Counted from the first letter of the stretch, positions 14,657 to 30,874 are shown. The stretch: DNA of 64,000 bases from Eledone cirrhosa (GCA_964016885.1 OZ024743.1:191642001-191706000), one strand, 5' to 3'. Notes: generated by a model from the sequence alone, not told the origin. Program-made: numbers and translations.

Positions 14657-15281
14657 TATATATATATTTATATAATATATATATATAATATATATATATA
14701 TAATATATATATATATTTATTAAAATAACAGATTAAAGTTTATATATATATAATTTATAACATATATTATATAGATGTATATAATATATATTATATATAA
14801 GTATATATTATATATATGTATATATATATATATATATAATATATACATAATATATTATATATATAATATATATGTAATATATTAAAATAACAGATTGAAG
14901 ATTATACATATATAATATATATATAATATATATACATATATATATATAATATATATATATATACATAATATATATACTATATATATATATATAATATATA
15001 TACATATATATATATATATAATATATATACATATATATATATATATAATATATATACATATATATATATATAATATATATACATATATATATATATATAT
15101 AATATGTATACATATATATATATATATAATATATATACATATATATATATAATATATATACATATATATATATATATAATATATATACATATATATATAA
15201 TATATATACATATACTTATATAATATATATATATATGTATATATATATACACATATATATATATCTAATATATATACATAT

Positions 15282-15313
<32 letters not shown>

Positions 15314-15406
15314 ATATATATACATATATATATATTATATATATACATATATATACATATATATATAATATATATACATATATATATATATAATATATAT
15401 ACATAC

Positions 15407-15441
<35 letters not shown>

Positions 15442-15600
15442 ATATATATACATATATATATATAATATATATACATATATATATATAGATAGAATATATA
15501 TACATATATATATATATAATATATACATATATATATATATATATATAATATATATACATATATATATATATATATACATATATATAATATATATGCATAT

Positions 15601-15636
<36 letters not shown>

Positions 15637-15688
15637 ATATACATACATATATATATAATATATATATATATATAATATATATATATAC

Positions 15689-15731
<43 letters not shown>

Positions 15732-15758
15732 TATATATATAATATATATATATATAAA

Positions 15759-15791
<33 letters not shown>

Positions 15792-15833
15792 ATATATATA
15801 AAATATATATATATATATATATAATATATATAT

Positions 15834-16830
<997 letters not shown>

Positions 16831-16899
16831 ATCTATAAACTAAGAAAATAAAAAATAAAAATTAAAAAGGAAAGAAAAGAAAAAGAAAAAAGAAAAAAG

Positions 16900-16914
16900 A
16901 AATATATCAAGAAA

Positions 16915-16945
<31 letters not shown>

Positions 16946-16946
16946 T

Positions 16947-16999
<53 letters not shown>

Positions 17000-17099
17000 A
17001 ACACATACATACATATACACACATCCACACTTAGAACATACATACACACACATATATAAACATATACATATACACACATACACACATATACACACATAC

Positions 17100-17152
<53 letters not shown>

Positions 17153-17449
17153 TACACATATAATCACACATACTATATAGACACACATATATATACACAC
17201 ATACACCCACATATACATACACATACATACTTATATACATACAGATATACACATACATACCTATATATAGACACAAATACATACAGATATACATACATAC
17301 ATACACACAAATACTTACGCATCCATATATCGGTATATTTATACAAACACCACTACACTCTCACACAACTCAGACATACAAAGAAAAAGGTATATACCTA
17401 TATACATATACATATACAAATAGAGATACACATACATATATATATATAT

Positions 17450-17500
<51 letters not shown>

Positions 17501-17694
17501 CACATATACACACACATACATACATACACATACATACATGTACACACACATACATATACATACATACACACATACATACATACATATATAGTCATACACA
17601 CACATATACCTACACGAACATACACATACACATATATAAAGATATATATATACACACACACATACACACACACACATATATATAAAAAATAAAG

Positions 17695-17738
<44 letters not shown>

Positions 17739-18313
17739 GTACATATACATACACACATACATAGACATATATGTACATACATACACATACATACATACAT
17801 ACACACACATATATACATATATATAGACACATAGACACATACATACATACACACACAACATACATACACACACATATATACTCATACATAGAATTAGATA
17901 TATATTCATACATACATACGCACTTACATATACTCATATATACAAATACATACGCATCCATATATGCGTATATACATACAAACACCACTACACCCTCACA
18001 CAACTCAGACATACAAAGAAAAAGGCATATACATATACATATATACACGCATTAATAGAGATATATATACACATATATATATATATATATACACATACAT
18101 TTATATATATACACCCACACACACATACAACCATAAACACACATACAAAACATACAAACACACACATACACATATATACACATACATATATATACACACA
18201 CACAAAAAACAGACATACATATATATATTTTTTTACACATATATATACACATATATATACATATACACACCCTCACATATACACACATACACATAAGTTA
18301 TATTATAATAATA

Positions 18314-18352
<39 letters not shown>

Positions 18353-18597
18353 CGAATATAGACATATATACACACATAGATATATATATATATATACATA
18401 TACACACACACACACACACACTCACATATATATGTGCGCACACGTACATATATACACATACACAAATATACACGTAAACACATACATGTGCATACATGCA
18501 CATACACACATATACCCACATAGATACGAAGATAGACATATAAATAGAGAGACATACATATATATACACACACATATATACATACATACATACACAC

Positions 18598-18632
<35 letters not shown>

Positions 18633-18770
18633 CATACACACATACACGCCCACACACATATACACATATACACATATATATACATACACACATACACACA
18701 CACATATATATAGACATGCATATATACACATATATATATATACATACACACATATATATACACACAATCT
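16900..18770. repeat. Mixed (CA)/(TA)/(CATA) low-complexity region with an internal ~630-bp-offset duplication
   Basis: caaacaccactacac..cacacaactcagacatacaaagaaaaagg at ~17345 and ~17979. Confidence 0.8.
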
Positions 18771-19008
18771 TACATTCTTATTTGCATGCGCATATATGTA
18801 TTTTTATATTCAGATATAAATACCCAAACATATATACACCTACCTACATATATATTCATACATACACGCTTACAAACACAGATGATAATAGTATGGGGGA
18901 AAGGGGGGGGTTGGAGAAGGGGATTATAGTAAATATATGTTTCAAGAAACATAGAATATTATCTGTATCTGGATCCAATGTATGTTTTTACATAGTTTCA
19001 GTGTTAGG

Positions 19009-19114
<106 letters not shown>

Positions 19115-19136
19115 TATATAATATATATATATATAT

Positions 19137-20205
19137 TCAGCTTTGAGGTTCACCACTGGATAGAACTGGTCAATTCCGTATGGTCAATCGCAATGTAATA
19201 ATATAGAGAGTACTCAACGTAAAGCAGTTCAACCGTCTTTGTTTTTGTAGTTGGTGGTGCTATTACGGAGTTAAATATTATAATGAAATGACAGGAGGCT
19301 GGATTTGTGTAAATCCTTGAAAGGTTTATTATACTATGATCATTTCAATGACCGGGTTCCGTATGAATCCGGTGATATCATCAGTTATTCGAAATATAAT
19401 ACGTGAATATAATAGATAAAATCCATGGGGCTGAAAATCCAGGACCCGAGGGAGACCGCCATCCAGCACCTTCTACCTTTTCCGATCGCCCTCAAGTGAC
19501 GTGGTTAAAGCTTACAGTGTGCTACTACCGGTCAGATAAAGGAAAACAGAAATGGATGGGAACATAAGTTAGCGTTAATATCATGCCACAAGAAAAAAGA
19601 AAGAAAGAAAGAAAGAAGAGAGAAGAAGGGGGAAGGAAGAATAAGAGAAGCCTGGGTTAATGTCAGCTATAAGAAGAAAGACAGAAAGAAAGAGGAGGAA
19701 AGGTCGGTATTACAGTCAGGCCAGGATTGTCGCGAAGAAATTTTTTTATTCTAAGGGAACCGTATCTTAACAACTACTACCGGTCATATATAGGTAAACA
19801 AAAAGGGGAAGGAAGATAAGTCTGCGGGAGGAAGACAGAAAGAACGGAGAAGAGAAGGAAGAAAAGGAAGAAGTAGAAAAGTCAGGGTTGATGGCTACAA
19901 GAAGAAAGATAGAAAGAAAGAGAAAGAAAGGTCGATATTAATGTCAGACTACAGTCAGGCCAGGAGTGGCTCGAAAAAATGTTCACGGGGACCCGTACCT
20001 TAGCAGAGGTAAATATAGTGGGGGTCAGTGTGTTATAATGTGTGAGCAGAAGACTGGAACGTTACGTTTTTGTTTAGATTTATAGGATGAAGTTAAAAAT
20101 TAATAATTAATATTTAATATTGAAGAAATTAGAAAATTTAAAGTTAACAGTTTAACATTTTAAGGTTGATATATCTAATAGTTCTGATTTTATATTATAT
20201 AATTT
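19137..20205 (-). mobile_element. Non-coding PLE 3' fragment (family E)
   Basis: HHR near left end, pyrimidine-rich UTR on minus, TA flanks. Confidence 0.65.
19331..19388 (-). ncRNA. Type I hammerhead ribozyme
   Basis: AUAA CUGAUGA ..ACCGGAUUC-AUACG-GAACCCGGU.. GAAA UGAUCA UA GUAU. Confidence 0.75.
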
Positions 20206-20259
20206 TATAATATATATATATTGTTTTATATATATATATATAATATATATATATAATAT

Positions 20260-20308
<49 letters not shown>

Positions 20309-20388
20309 TATATATATATAATATATATATATAATATATATATATATAATATATATATATATATATAATATATATATATATATATAAT

Positions 20389-20420
<32 letters not shown>

Positions 20421-20428
20421 ATATATAT

Positions 20429-20460
<32 letters not shown>

Positions 20461-20647
20461 ATATATATATATAATATATATATATATATAATATATATAT
20501 ATATAATATATATATATATAGATATATAATATATATATATATAACATATATTATATATATGTATATAATATATATTATATATAAGTATATATTATATATG
20601 TATATATATATATATATATAATATATACATAATATATAATATATATA

Positions 20648-20697
<50 letters not shown>

Positions 20698-21038
20698 TAT
20701 ACATGTATATATATATATAATATATATAGATATATATATATATAAATATAATATATATACATATATATATATATATAATATATATACATATATATATATA
20801 ATATATATACATATATATATATAATATATATACATATATATATATATATATAATATATATACATATATATATATAATATATATACATATATATATATAAT
20901 ATATATACATATATATATATATAATATATATACATATATATATATATAATATATACATATATATATATATATATATAATATATATACATATATATATATA
21001 CATATATATATATATAATAATATACATATATATATATA

Positions 21039-21098
<60 letters not shown>

Positions 21099-21171
21099 TA
21101 CATATATATATATATATATAATATATATATACATATATATATATATAATATATATACATATATATATATAT

Positions 21172-21241
<70 letters not shown>

Positions 21242-21245
<4 letters not shown>

Positions 21246-24200
21246 GTTTGTACATGTATAATAAAGCCAAAACAATGCAGGTATGAACATAGAATAAAGA
21301 ATGCAAATGCAAAAGATATTGTTGATAATTTGTCTTTTACCTTAGATTTATTTAAATGTCCTAAATTTTCGAGATAATATCTCTTCTTCAGAGGGAATAA
21401 AGTTGTCAAACCAGTGTTCTAAAAAGCTTTCCGAGTCATGCTGACAGGAAATGGTATAGAGTATCTGTTCTATCTCTAATTTCAAAGAGTTAAGATTAGG
21501 TGAATAAAGAGTAGTCTCCCTTTAAGAGGGGTTTGTTTATGTTTTGTTTTTGTTTTTTTTTTCGTTTTTTTGTACATGTCTGTTTAAGTGTGTGGGAGAA
21601 TGCATGCAGGTGTAAGTACGTGAGTGTGTGTGTGTGAGTGTGAGAAGATATGTCTATACTTAAATGTGGGGGATAGATGTTATCTCGTGTTAGAACAGGT
21701 TTAGTGTGTGTATGTGTGAGAGAGAATAAGTGGAGGTGTAATTGTGTGTGTGCATGCGTGTGTGCGTGTGGGGTGTGTGTAAATATGGGGCTAGGAGCTC
21801 TATCAAGTTATAAATTGTGTGTTGAGTTCTAGTCTATTATTAATTGGTGGTTGTGTTTTGTCTATAATTAGTGCTTCCTTAATTCTAAGGTTGCCGAGGT
21901 TTCTTTCCTTAGTTTCTATCCTAACTGTTATGGTTTTGTCGGTGTTTTTGTATTTAACTAGGTGTTTCTTAAATGAGGAAGCGTTAGTATTGAGGTGTTC
22001 TTTTATTCTTATGTGGAGTGGTCTGGTGGTGCTGCCTACGTAGAAGTTGTTGCATTTGTCACACTCTAGTCTGTATACGACGTAAGCCTGGTGGCATAGG
22101 TCTGTGTCGTTGATGGGGCAGTTGGCTAGTCTGCAGCAGTTTTCATGTCTGGTGGAGTGTCTTTTGGTTAGCTGACCGCGTAGAGAAGGACCTGAGTGGG
22201 CCAGTTGGATATCTAGTCCCTCTCGTCTGATAGCTCTGCGGATGGCTGTTGTTGTTTCTTCACTGAAGTGTGGGAGCTTCAGGAAGCAAGTGTTAGTGCC
22301 TCGGGTGTGGTGTCCTCTGTTCTTTCTGGCTAGGTTTGTGGTGGATGTCGTGTATCCGTTCAGTTTGAATACTTCCAGGAAATGTGTGGTGTGTGTGTCT
22401 CGGTCTCTAGCGTCGGTGCATTTGTTCCGGATAGGTGCCAGTTCGTTCCTTATGTATCCGAACTTGACACCGAGTGGGAGGGCCGATCTGAAATGTACGA
22501 ACATGTCCCTGCTGGCGGCTTTTTTTATAGAAGCAGGTATGGATGTTGCCTTCCTCTGTTACCCTGAGTTGGAAGTCCAGCAGGGATAGGGATCCGCGGT
22601 CATCGGGGTGTTCCATGCTGAACTTTATATTGGCGTCCATGCTGGAGAATGTTGTGTATATTTTATCTGCCTCCTCACGGGATGATGTAAGGATGAGTAT
22701 GTCATCTACATATCGGGTGAAGAAGGTATGGGAATGGCAGGTGTTGAGGGTCGGCATTCTAGCTGGTTCATGTAGGTGATGGCCAGCAGGACCGATAGGC
22801 TGGATCCCATGGGTAATCCTGTTGTCTGTCTGTATGTGTGGTGGTGGAAGGTGAAGTACGTGTTGTCTACTGTGAAGGACAAAAGCTGGTGTATGTCCGT
22901 CGGGTGGAGGCCGTAGCAGTGGATGTCCTCTGCGACCACGCAGTCCGTCAATAAATCGACAGCTGGATGAGCGGGGACTGTAGTGTAGAAGGAGACAACG
23001 TCGAGGTTAAAGGCGTAACTATTTAGTTTAAGTTGTTCTGGCTGGAGTTGGTGTAGTCTACGTATAACTTCGTCGGAGCTACTGACATACCCGGGAAAGG
23101 TGGAGAGTAGAGGCTTGAGAACCTGGGAGAGGAGCCAGGAAATTTTGTATAGGGGTTCTTCTGTGCTAGAGACGATGGGTCTTATTTACGTATTAGTGCT
23201 ATTCTTGTGGGTCTTGATGAGGTGGTAGAAAGTGGGCAGTCTGCTATTTCTAGTGGTGTAGTTGAGCTTAACTTTATTAGGGAGTTGTCTTCTCCTACAG
23301 ATATCGAACCAGATGGAGTTGGTCTGTTTTTCGATCTGGGCTGCGGTCATGTCCGGGATGTCTGTGTATAATTCATTGTCGCATAGGTGTTCAAAGGCTA
23401 GGTTGTTGTATGTGGCTTGAGAGATGACGCAAAACTCTTTACCTTTGTCGGATGATAAGTATATAAGTTCCCTATTCCGTAGGTTCTTCAGGGCGAGTTG
23501 TTGTGTCCTGGAGAGGTTTGGGGCTATCTTCTTCTGTTTCCGTAAGATGTTAAATACGGAATGTTTTAGCCTCGAGAGTTTTTCTTCAAGCTCGCGGTTG
23601 GCAGGCGGTGGACAGAGTGGGCGATCCAGTTGTTATATCGGGAATCTGGGTTTGATAGATTCCGTAGTGTTGTTGCCGAGAGTCGATATCCATTTTAGTT
23701 GGTAGGCAGCCCGACAGAAATTCGTTTCTATGTCGAGCCATAATTTGTCGTCCAGTCTCTGTTTCAATATGAACTTGGGGCCTAGGCTGAGGAGGTCTAA
23801 TTCCTCTCGGGAGAGGGATTCTGTCAAGTCTGTGACGAGGTGTTTTGCGTCAGGTGTGTTGTTGGTCGGGGCGCCGCTAGGTTCGGTGTTGGTACCGTCT
23901 TGTTCGCCTCTGTTGGTGTTTAGAGTTGGGATGTTGTTAAGACAGTTGGCCGTCCTGAGTTTGAGAAATTTTTGCGTTAGACGTATTTTCTCGTAGTCTC
24001 GGCGATGATGGTATGACCTGTCTATAGTGGCGGAGATAACTCTGGACAGAGGTTCTGGGGTTTCAGCGAGTTGTGGTACAAGGCTGGAAATAGTCCGTAT
24101 GTGTTGTAACGTGCGGTGTAGGTGTTGTATGAGTTTTCTTAGGCAGAATTGTTGTATGTAACTAAGTGATCGTTTGAGGCCTGGCGATTTGAAGCATGTT

Positions 24201-25032
24201 GGTAGGTGCAAATTTTTGATAGTTTTGGGGATGATGTGGTCATACAGGCATCGTTTTAGGAAGTTTATTTGGCATCCGGCTTTGGCGCGCTTTTCAGATA
24301 GCTGGAAGAGTCTCTTTACAGTTGTGAACTGGGCCTGGCTCAGGCGTAAGGAAAGAAGGAGGTTATAGTTCACTTGAAGCATTGTGTAATGAGATATAAA
24401 CGTTTGTATATGTATAATAAAGCCAAAGCAATGCAGGTATGGACATAGAATAAAGAATGCAAATGCAAAAGATATTGTTGACAAATTGTCTTTTACCTTA
24501 GATTTGTTTAAATGTCCTAAATTTTCGGGATAATATCTCTTCTTCAGAGGGAATAAAGTTGTCAAACCAGTGTTCTATAAAGCTTTCCAAGTCATGCTGA
24601 CAGGAAATGGTATAGAGTATCTGTTCTATCTCTAATTTCAAAGAGTTAAGATTAGGTGAATAAAGAGTAGTCTCCCTTTAAGTGGGGTTTGTTTATGTTT
24701 TTTTTTTTGTTTTTTTTTTGTTTTTTTTGTACCTAATCTTAACTCTTTGAAATTAGAGATAGAATGGATACTCTATATCATTTCCTGTCAGCTTGACTTG
24801 GAAAGCTTTTTAGAACACTGGTTTGACAACTTTATTCCCTCTGAAGAAGAGATATTATCTCGAAAATGTAGGACATTTAAATAAATCTAAGGTAAAAGAC
24901 AAATTGTCAACAATATATTTTGCATTTGCATTCTTTATTCTATGTCCATACCTGCATTGTTTTGGCTTTATTATACATATACAAACGTTTATACCTCATT
25001 ACACAATGCTTCAAGTGAACTATAACCTCCTC
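21242..25032 (-). mobile_element. Near full-length PLE family F (Penelope/Poseidon-like): pLTR-ORF-pLTR on minus plus inverted pLTR 24732-25032
   Basis: 21242-21575 repeated at ~24398-24731 and inverted at 24732-25032; disrupted RT-EN ORF between. Confidence 0.92.
21803..24383 (-). pseudogene. Frameshifted PLE ORF (N-terminal domain, RT, GIY-YIG)
   Basis: LLSLGPKF, GLPMGSSLS, RYVDD, VVYRLECDKCNNFYVGSTTRPLHIRIKEH over several frames. Confidence 0.9.
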
Positions 25033-25043
25033 CATATATATAT

Positions 25044-25135
<92 letters not shown>

Positions 25136-25136
25136 T

Positions 25137-25185
<49 letters not shown>

Positions 25186-25276
25186 TATATATTAAGATAA
25201 GCAGAACAAGTAAAATTCAATCAATTTTTCAAAATACATTACAAAATATAATATAAATATTTACCTCTCCTAGTGG

Positions 25277-25355
25277 CCCTTACTGATCAGTTTCGCTTTG
25301 TAAAACCTCATAAATCCGATGGATTCATGATGGAAAACCAAAGCTCATCAGAGAA
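25277..25355 (-). ncRNA. Type I hammerhead in a ~170-bp solo fragment (25190-25360)
   Basis: UUCU CUGAUGA GCUUUG..UCAUGAAUCC-AUC-GGAUUUAUGA..CAAAGC GAAA CUGAUCAG UA AGGG. Confidence 0.9.
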
Positions 25356-25361
25356 GCATTT

Positions 25362-25641
<280 letters not shown>

Positions 25642-27461
25642 GAATAAAGTGGTCCATCATCAGTGATCTTCCAACCATCATCGGTATTTCTTCGCTTTAA
25701 AGACCATATACCCCCGGTTGGTGCGAGCAACGGCTAAAGAAAGTCTTTGGGACATGTAAATAAACGGAACAGCGAGAGTGTAAACAAAAAAAGATGGTGA
25801 AGCAACGAAAAGTGAGGAAGAACGAGTCGTGTCCCAAATTTCCTTGAATATAAGTTCGATGAAATCGTGAACGAGAGAGAATAAAGACCATCAAACCTGG
25901 TTGAAATGTGAGCAAGGAAGGAATTTCGCACAGGTCTAACGGGAAGAAGCAGGGGTCTAGTCCGTGAATTCGGTAAACATAAGTTCTGTGAAATCGTAGA
26001 CGAGAGAGAGAGAAAAAATGCCAACCGGCCTGGCCAAGCGTGCGAAAGAAAAGAATTACGCACAGGTCAAACGGGAAGAAGGGGGAGGAGGAGAGGTAGT
26101 AACAGAGAGTGAGTGAGTGAAGGGTGAGGAAGAGGCTAACAGAGAGAGTGACTGTTAGAGAGGGTAAAGATACAGAGAAAGAGGAAGCAGTAAGAACGAA
26201 ATAGACGGGTCACAGCAGGGGAAAAAATATGTGTAAATAAGAGAATAAACGTGCTGCGGAGTTCCAAATGGGTTACATATGTATAAAGTGGTCCTTCATC
26301 AGTGATCTTCCAACCATCATCGGTATTTCTTCGCTTTAAAGACCATATACCTCCGGTTGGTGCGAGCAACGGCTAAAGAAAGTCGTTGGGTCATGTAAAT
26401 AAAGGGAACAGCGAGAGTGTAAACAAAGAAAGATGGTGAAGCAGCGCAAAGTGAGGAAGAACGAGTCAAGTCCCAAATTTCCTTGAATATAAGTTCGGTG
26501 AAATCGTGAACGAGAGAGAATAAAGACCATCAAACCTGGTTGAAATGTGAGCAAGGAAGGAATTTCGCACAGGTCTAATGGGGGGACTTGACTCGTTCTT
26601 CCTCACTTTACGTTGCTTCACAATCTTTGTTTGTTTACACTCTCGCTGTTCCCTTTATTTACATGTCCCAACGACTTTCTTTAGCCGTTGCTCGCACCAA
26701 CCGGAGGTATATGGTCTTTAAAGCGAAGAAATACCGATGATGGTTGGAAAATCACTGATGAAGGACCACTTTATTCATATGTAACCCAATTGCAACTCCG
26801 CAGCACGTTTATTCTCATATTAACACATATTTTTTTTCCCCACTGTGATCCGTCTATTTCGTTCTTACTGCTTCCTCTTTCTCTGTATCTTTACCCTCTC
26901 TAACAGTCACTCTCTCTGTTAGCCTCTTCCTTACCCTTCACTCGCTCACTATCTGTTACTACCTCTCCTCCTCCTCCTTCTTCCCGTTTGACCTGTGCGT
27001 AATTCTTTTCTTTCGCACGCTTGGCCAGGCCGGTTGGCATTTTTTCTCTCTCTCTCGTCTACGATTTCACAGAACGTATGTTTACCGAATTCACGGACTA
27101 GACCCCTTCTTCTTCCCGTTAGACCTGTGCGAAATTCCTTCCTTGCTCACATTTCAACCAGGTTTGATGGTCTTTATTCTCTCTCGTTCTCGATTTCACC
27201 GAACTTATATTCAAGGAAATTTAGGACTTGACTCGTTCATCCTCACTGTTCGTTGCTTCAACATCTTTCTTTGTTTACACTCTCGCTGTTCCCTTTATTT
27301 ACATGTCCCAACGACTTTCTTTAGCCGTTGCTCGCACCAACCGGAGGTATATGGTCTTTAAAGCGAAGAAATACCGATGATGGTTGGAAGATCACTGATG
27401 AAGGACCACTTTATACATATGTAACCCATTTGGAACTCCGCAGCACGTTTATTCTCATATT
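25642..27461. mobile_element. Non-coding element of ~640-bp tandem monomers in two inverted arms (junction ~26582)
   Basis: ataaagtggtcc at 25644/26283; ggacttgactcg at 26584/27223; right arm is reverse complement of left. Confidence 0.85.
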
Positions 27462-27468
27462 TATAATA

Positions 27469-27514
<46 letters not shown>

Positions 27515-27931
27515 TACATATATATATATATATAATATATATACATATATAGATATATAATATATATACATATATATATATAATATATATACATATAATA
27601 TATATACATATATATATATATATAATATATATACATATATATATATATAATATATATACATATATATATATAATATATATACATATATATATATATTATA
27701 TATATATATATATTATATATATAGATATATATATATATAATATATATACATATATATAATATATATACATATATATATATAATATATATACATATATATA
27801 ATATATATACATATATATATATATAATATATATAGATATATATAATATATATAGATATATATATATATAATATATATATATTTATATATAATATATATAC
27901 ATATATATATATATAATATATGTACAAATAT

Positions 27932-27974
<43 letters not shown>

Positions 27975-28061
27975 TATATATATATAATATATATATATAA
28001 TATATATACATATATATATATATATAATATATATACATATATATATAATATATATACATAT

Positions 28062-28106
<45 letters not shown>

Positions 28107-28114
28107 TACATATA

Positions 28115-28147
<33 letters not shown>

Positions 28148-28197
28148 AAATATATACATATATATATATAATATATATATACATATATATATATATA

Positions 28198-28243
<46 letters not shown>

Positions 28244-28272
28244 TATATATATAATATATATATATAATATAT

Positions 28273-28304
<32 letters not shown>

Positions 28305-28362
28305 ATATATATATATATATATAATATGTATATATATATATATATATAATATATATATATAC

Positions 28363-28412
<50 letters not shown>

Positions 28413-28457
28413 GAAAATAAACCAAAGAAGCCTTCAATACATCAAAAGTCTGCATTA

Positions 28458-28495
28458 GCCAACAATGTCTCGTCCTATTAAGGACTCATCAGGGC
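28458..28495 (-). ncRNA. Family C hammerhead, GAAA mutated to GAGA
   Basis: GCC CUGAUGA GUCC-UUAAUA-GGAC GAGA CAUUG UU GGC. Confidence 0.7.
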
Positions 28496-28775
28496 AATTA
28501 AAGCTATAAGAAGCACTATCGGCCAATACAAGCCAAAAACTCAGAAGAATATGGAGTATACATACATTAAAGCATAGGAAAATTATCAAGTAAAAATTGT
28601 TAAGGAAGTGAATAACATTTTGAACCCATATTACAAATATAGTACAATGCAAAAACTAAAACTAAACACAAGTGGTGATATAATGCGAGAATTACAGTAC
28701 GATATATAATATAATATAATATAATATAATATAATATAACTGATAATGATAATAATAATAATATTAAAAGGCCCA

Positions 28776-28817
<42 letters not shown>

Positions 28818-29112
28818 ATACACATATCCATCAATACAAACACAAACTAACACTTATTAAGAGTTTAAATATAAATATAATACATATATTATTTACAGTA
28901 TAAAATGATAAAGAAATGAATAAAAATAAAAATATAATATATAATATACTTTGGGAGGGTCATGTTGCCAATAAGAAACACACGCACCAGTTGCTTTCAC
29001 TTCAATTTAATTTATTAAATATTTATAAATTTACAAATTTATAAATTTACAAATTTATAAATTTCTGGTTGGTTGGTTGGTTCCACAACCAGATAGTTGT
29101 TTATATATATAT

Positions 29113-29157
29113 AGTCATAGTTCTTTCGTCACACACTCTGTGACCTCTTCAGTGACT
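29113..29157 (-). ncRNA. Minimal type I hammerhead, family B
   Basis: AGUCA CUGAAGA G GUCACA-GAGUG-UGUGAC GAAA GAAC UA UGACU. Confidence 0.88.
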
Positions 29158-29440
29158 GGGGATTTCTTTCTTCGTTTCTGTGCCTTTCCTTTCTTCTATC
29201 CTACGCCATTTTGTTTGTGTGTGGGTTGCGTGCTCAGTTTGCGCATGCGCCACATCCGGGTGTCTGTGTGTGTTTGTGTTCATTTTTCTATTTTTCTATT
29301 TATATTTTTTTATTTGTTTGTTTATTTATTTATTTATTGTTGGTTGGTTGTTTGTTCTATGTGTGTGTGTGTTTTCATTTTGTGTGTGTTTTTAATTGTA
29401 AGTTGTTTGTTCGATGTGTGTGTGTGTTTTCATTTTGTCC

Positions 29441-30874
29441 TTAATTGTAAGTTGTGATGTTGCTGTTCCACTCATATTTTCTATTTAATTTTGGTTTTAA
29501 TTCTTTTATGCTTACTGCCTCTGTAATTTGCCTAAACATTGCGTCTTTCTTGTGTGTGGATTCTATTTTTATTTCTATGCTCTCTAATTTACCCCTGTGT
29601 TCTATCTTAGCATGTTGGTAGAGCACAGATGATTCTTTATTATCTTGGAGGTCTCGCCAGTGTTCATTTATTCGTTCCCCTATACTACGAGCTGTCTCAC
29701 CTATGTACACTACATTTTTGTTTCTACATTGTCCTTCAGTACATCTTATGCTATATACTACATTTCTAGTTTTACAGTTAATATGGGGGCTTATTTTACA
29801 GGTTATACATTTCTTATCTATACATGAGGGTCTTTGGAACGGGTATGTCTTGCTAATAAGTGTTTTTACGGAGGTACCAGGTCTTTCTACTATCTTAATA
29901 TTGAGATTATGTTTCTTTAGGGCCCTTCTAAATTTGTAGGCTAGTTCGCCTCTAGGGGTTGTATTGATGAACATTACACTCTGGTATTTATTGCTATCAT
30001 ACCATGAGTTTATTCTATTGGCCTTGTTCTTAGTTCTTTCTATTCTATTCCAAAATCTGCTCCTATACAAGGGGCAGGTCCCATTTATGTCATTATTTAC
30101 CATTTTTTCCCATTTGGTTCTGGCTCCTTTATACACTCTGATTCTATCTCTCTGATTGTAGCCAGAGAACTGCATACGGTGGATGAAGTGTTGTATGTGT
30201 CTCTCTAGTTCTTCGGGGTTGCACATGCGGGACACATTTCTCATCACCCGTACCAAATCCGCAATCAGTATGTTGATTTTGGTATGGTCCGAAATGGCCG
30301 AGTTTCGGTGGATCAGATGTTTGGAAGTCATGGGTTTGGCATAATGGGAATGGAGGATTTGTTTTTCGTTGTTAATAGTATCTAACCAGAGCTCTGTGTC
30401 TAGTACAGGTAATCGATGGTTGGGGTGTCTACTTGGGTAGTCTATAGTAACTCTAATGCTCTGGTGGATGGAGTTTGCTATTTGCTGGATGCTTTCCATT
30501 GTGTTTTTCTCTAGTTCCTGACTGTTCTTTAGTGGGGGTGTCTTAACTACGATGTTTATATCATCTACGTAGCGGGAGTACATTATCAGGGTTAAGCTGT
30601 CTTCTAATTGTTCATTAAGTTTTTGTTTAAGTCTACTGTCCCACCATACCATGAATAAGTTAGCTATGTCGCCTGCAATGCTAACACCAATGGCTGCTCC
30701 TTCCTCTTGGGCATATGTTTTACCATTAAATTTGAACATATGTTCCTTAAGGGTTAGTTTTTTGCTGGCCCCTACCGCATGTGCAATCATTTTCTTCAGT
30801 TCATCATGGTTTTCGGGTGTCCGTATGGCTCTGGTCCACCCGTTCCATCTATCTGTGTGGGTTTTCTTGGCCAT
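29441..30874 (-). CDS. 5'-truncated PLE RT + GIY-YIG, open to natural stop
   Basis: GAAIGVSIAGDIANLFM, YSRYVDD, YIGETARSIGERINEH. Confidence 0.92.
   Translation of the reverse strand: MAKKTHTDRWNGWTRAIRTPENHDELKKMIAHAVGASKKLTLKEHMFKFNGKTYAQEEGAAIGVSIAGDIANLFMVWWDSRLKQKLNEQLEDSLTLIMYSRYVDDINIVVKTPPLKNSQELEKNTMESIQQIANSIHQSIRVTIDYPSRHPNHRLPVLDTELWLDTINNEKQILHSHYAKPMTSKHLIHRNSAISDHTKINILIADLVRVMRNVSRMCNPEELERHIQHFIHRMQFSGYNQRDRIRVYKGARTKWEKMVNNDINGTCPLYRSRFWNRIERTKNKANRINSWYDSNKYQSVMFINTTPRGELAYKFRRALKKHNLNIKIVERPGTSVKTLISKTYPFQRPSCIDKKCITCKISPHINCKTRNVVYSIRCTEGQCRNKNVVYIGETARSIGERINEHWRDLQDNKESSVLYQHAKIEHRGKLESIEIKIESTHKKDAMFRQITEAVSIKELKPKLNRKYEWNSNITTYN

Noticed and set aside
24742-24815. 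Family F motif UUGAAAU...GAAAGCUUU
   Set aside because: A9 is missing and stem II is ambiguous; at most a decayed or atypical HHR
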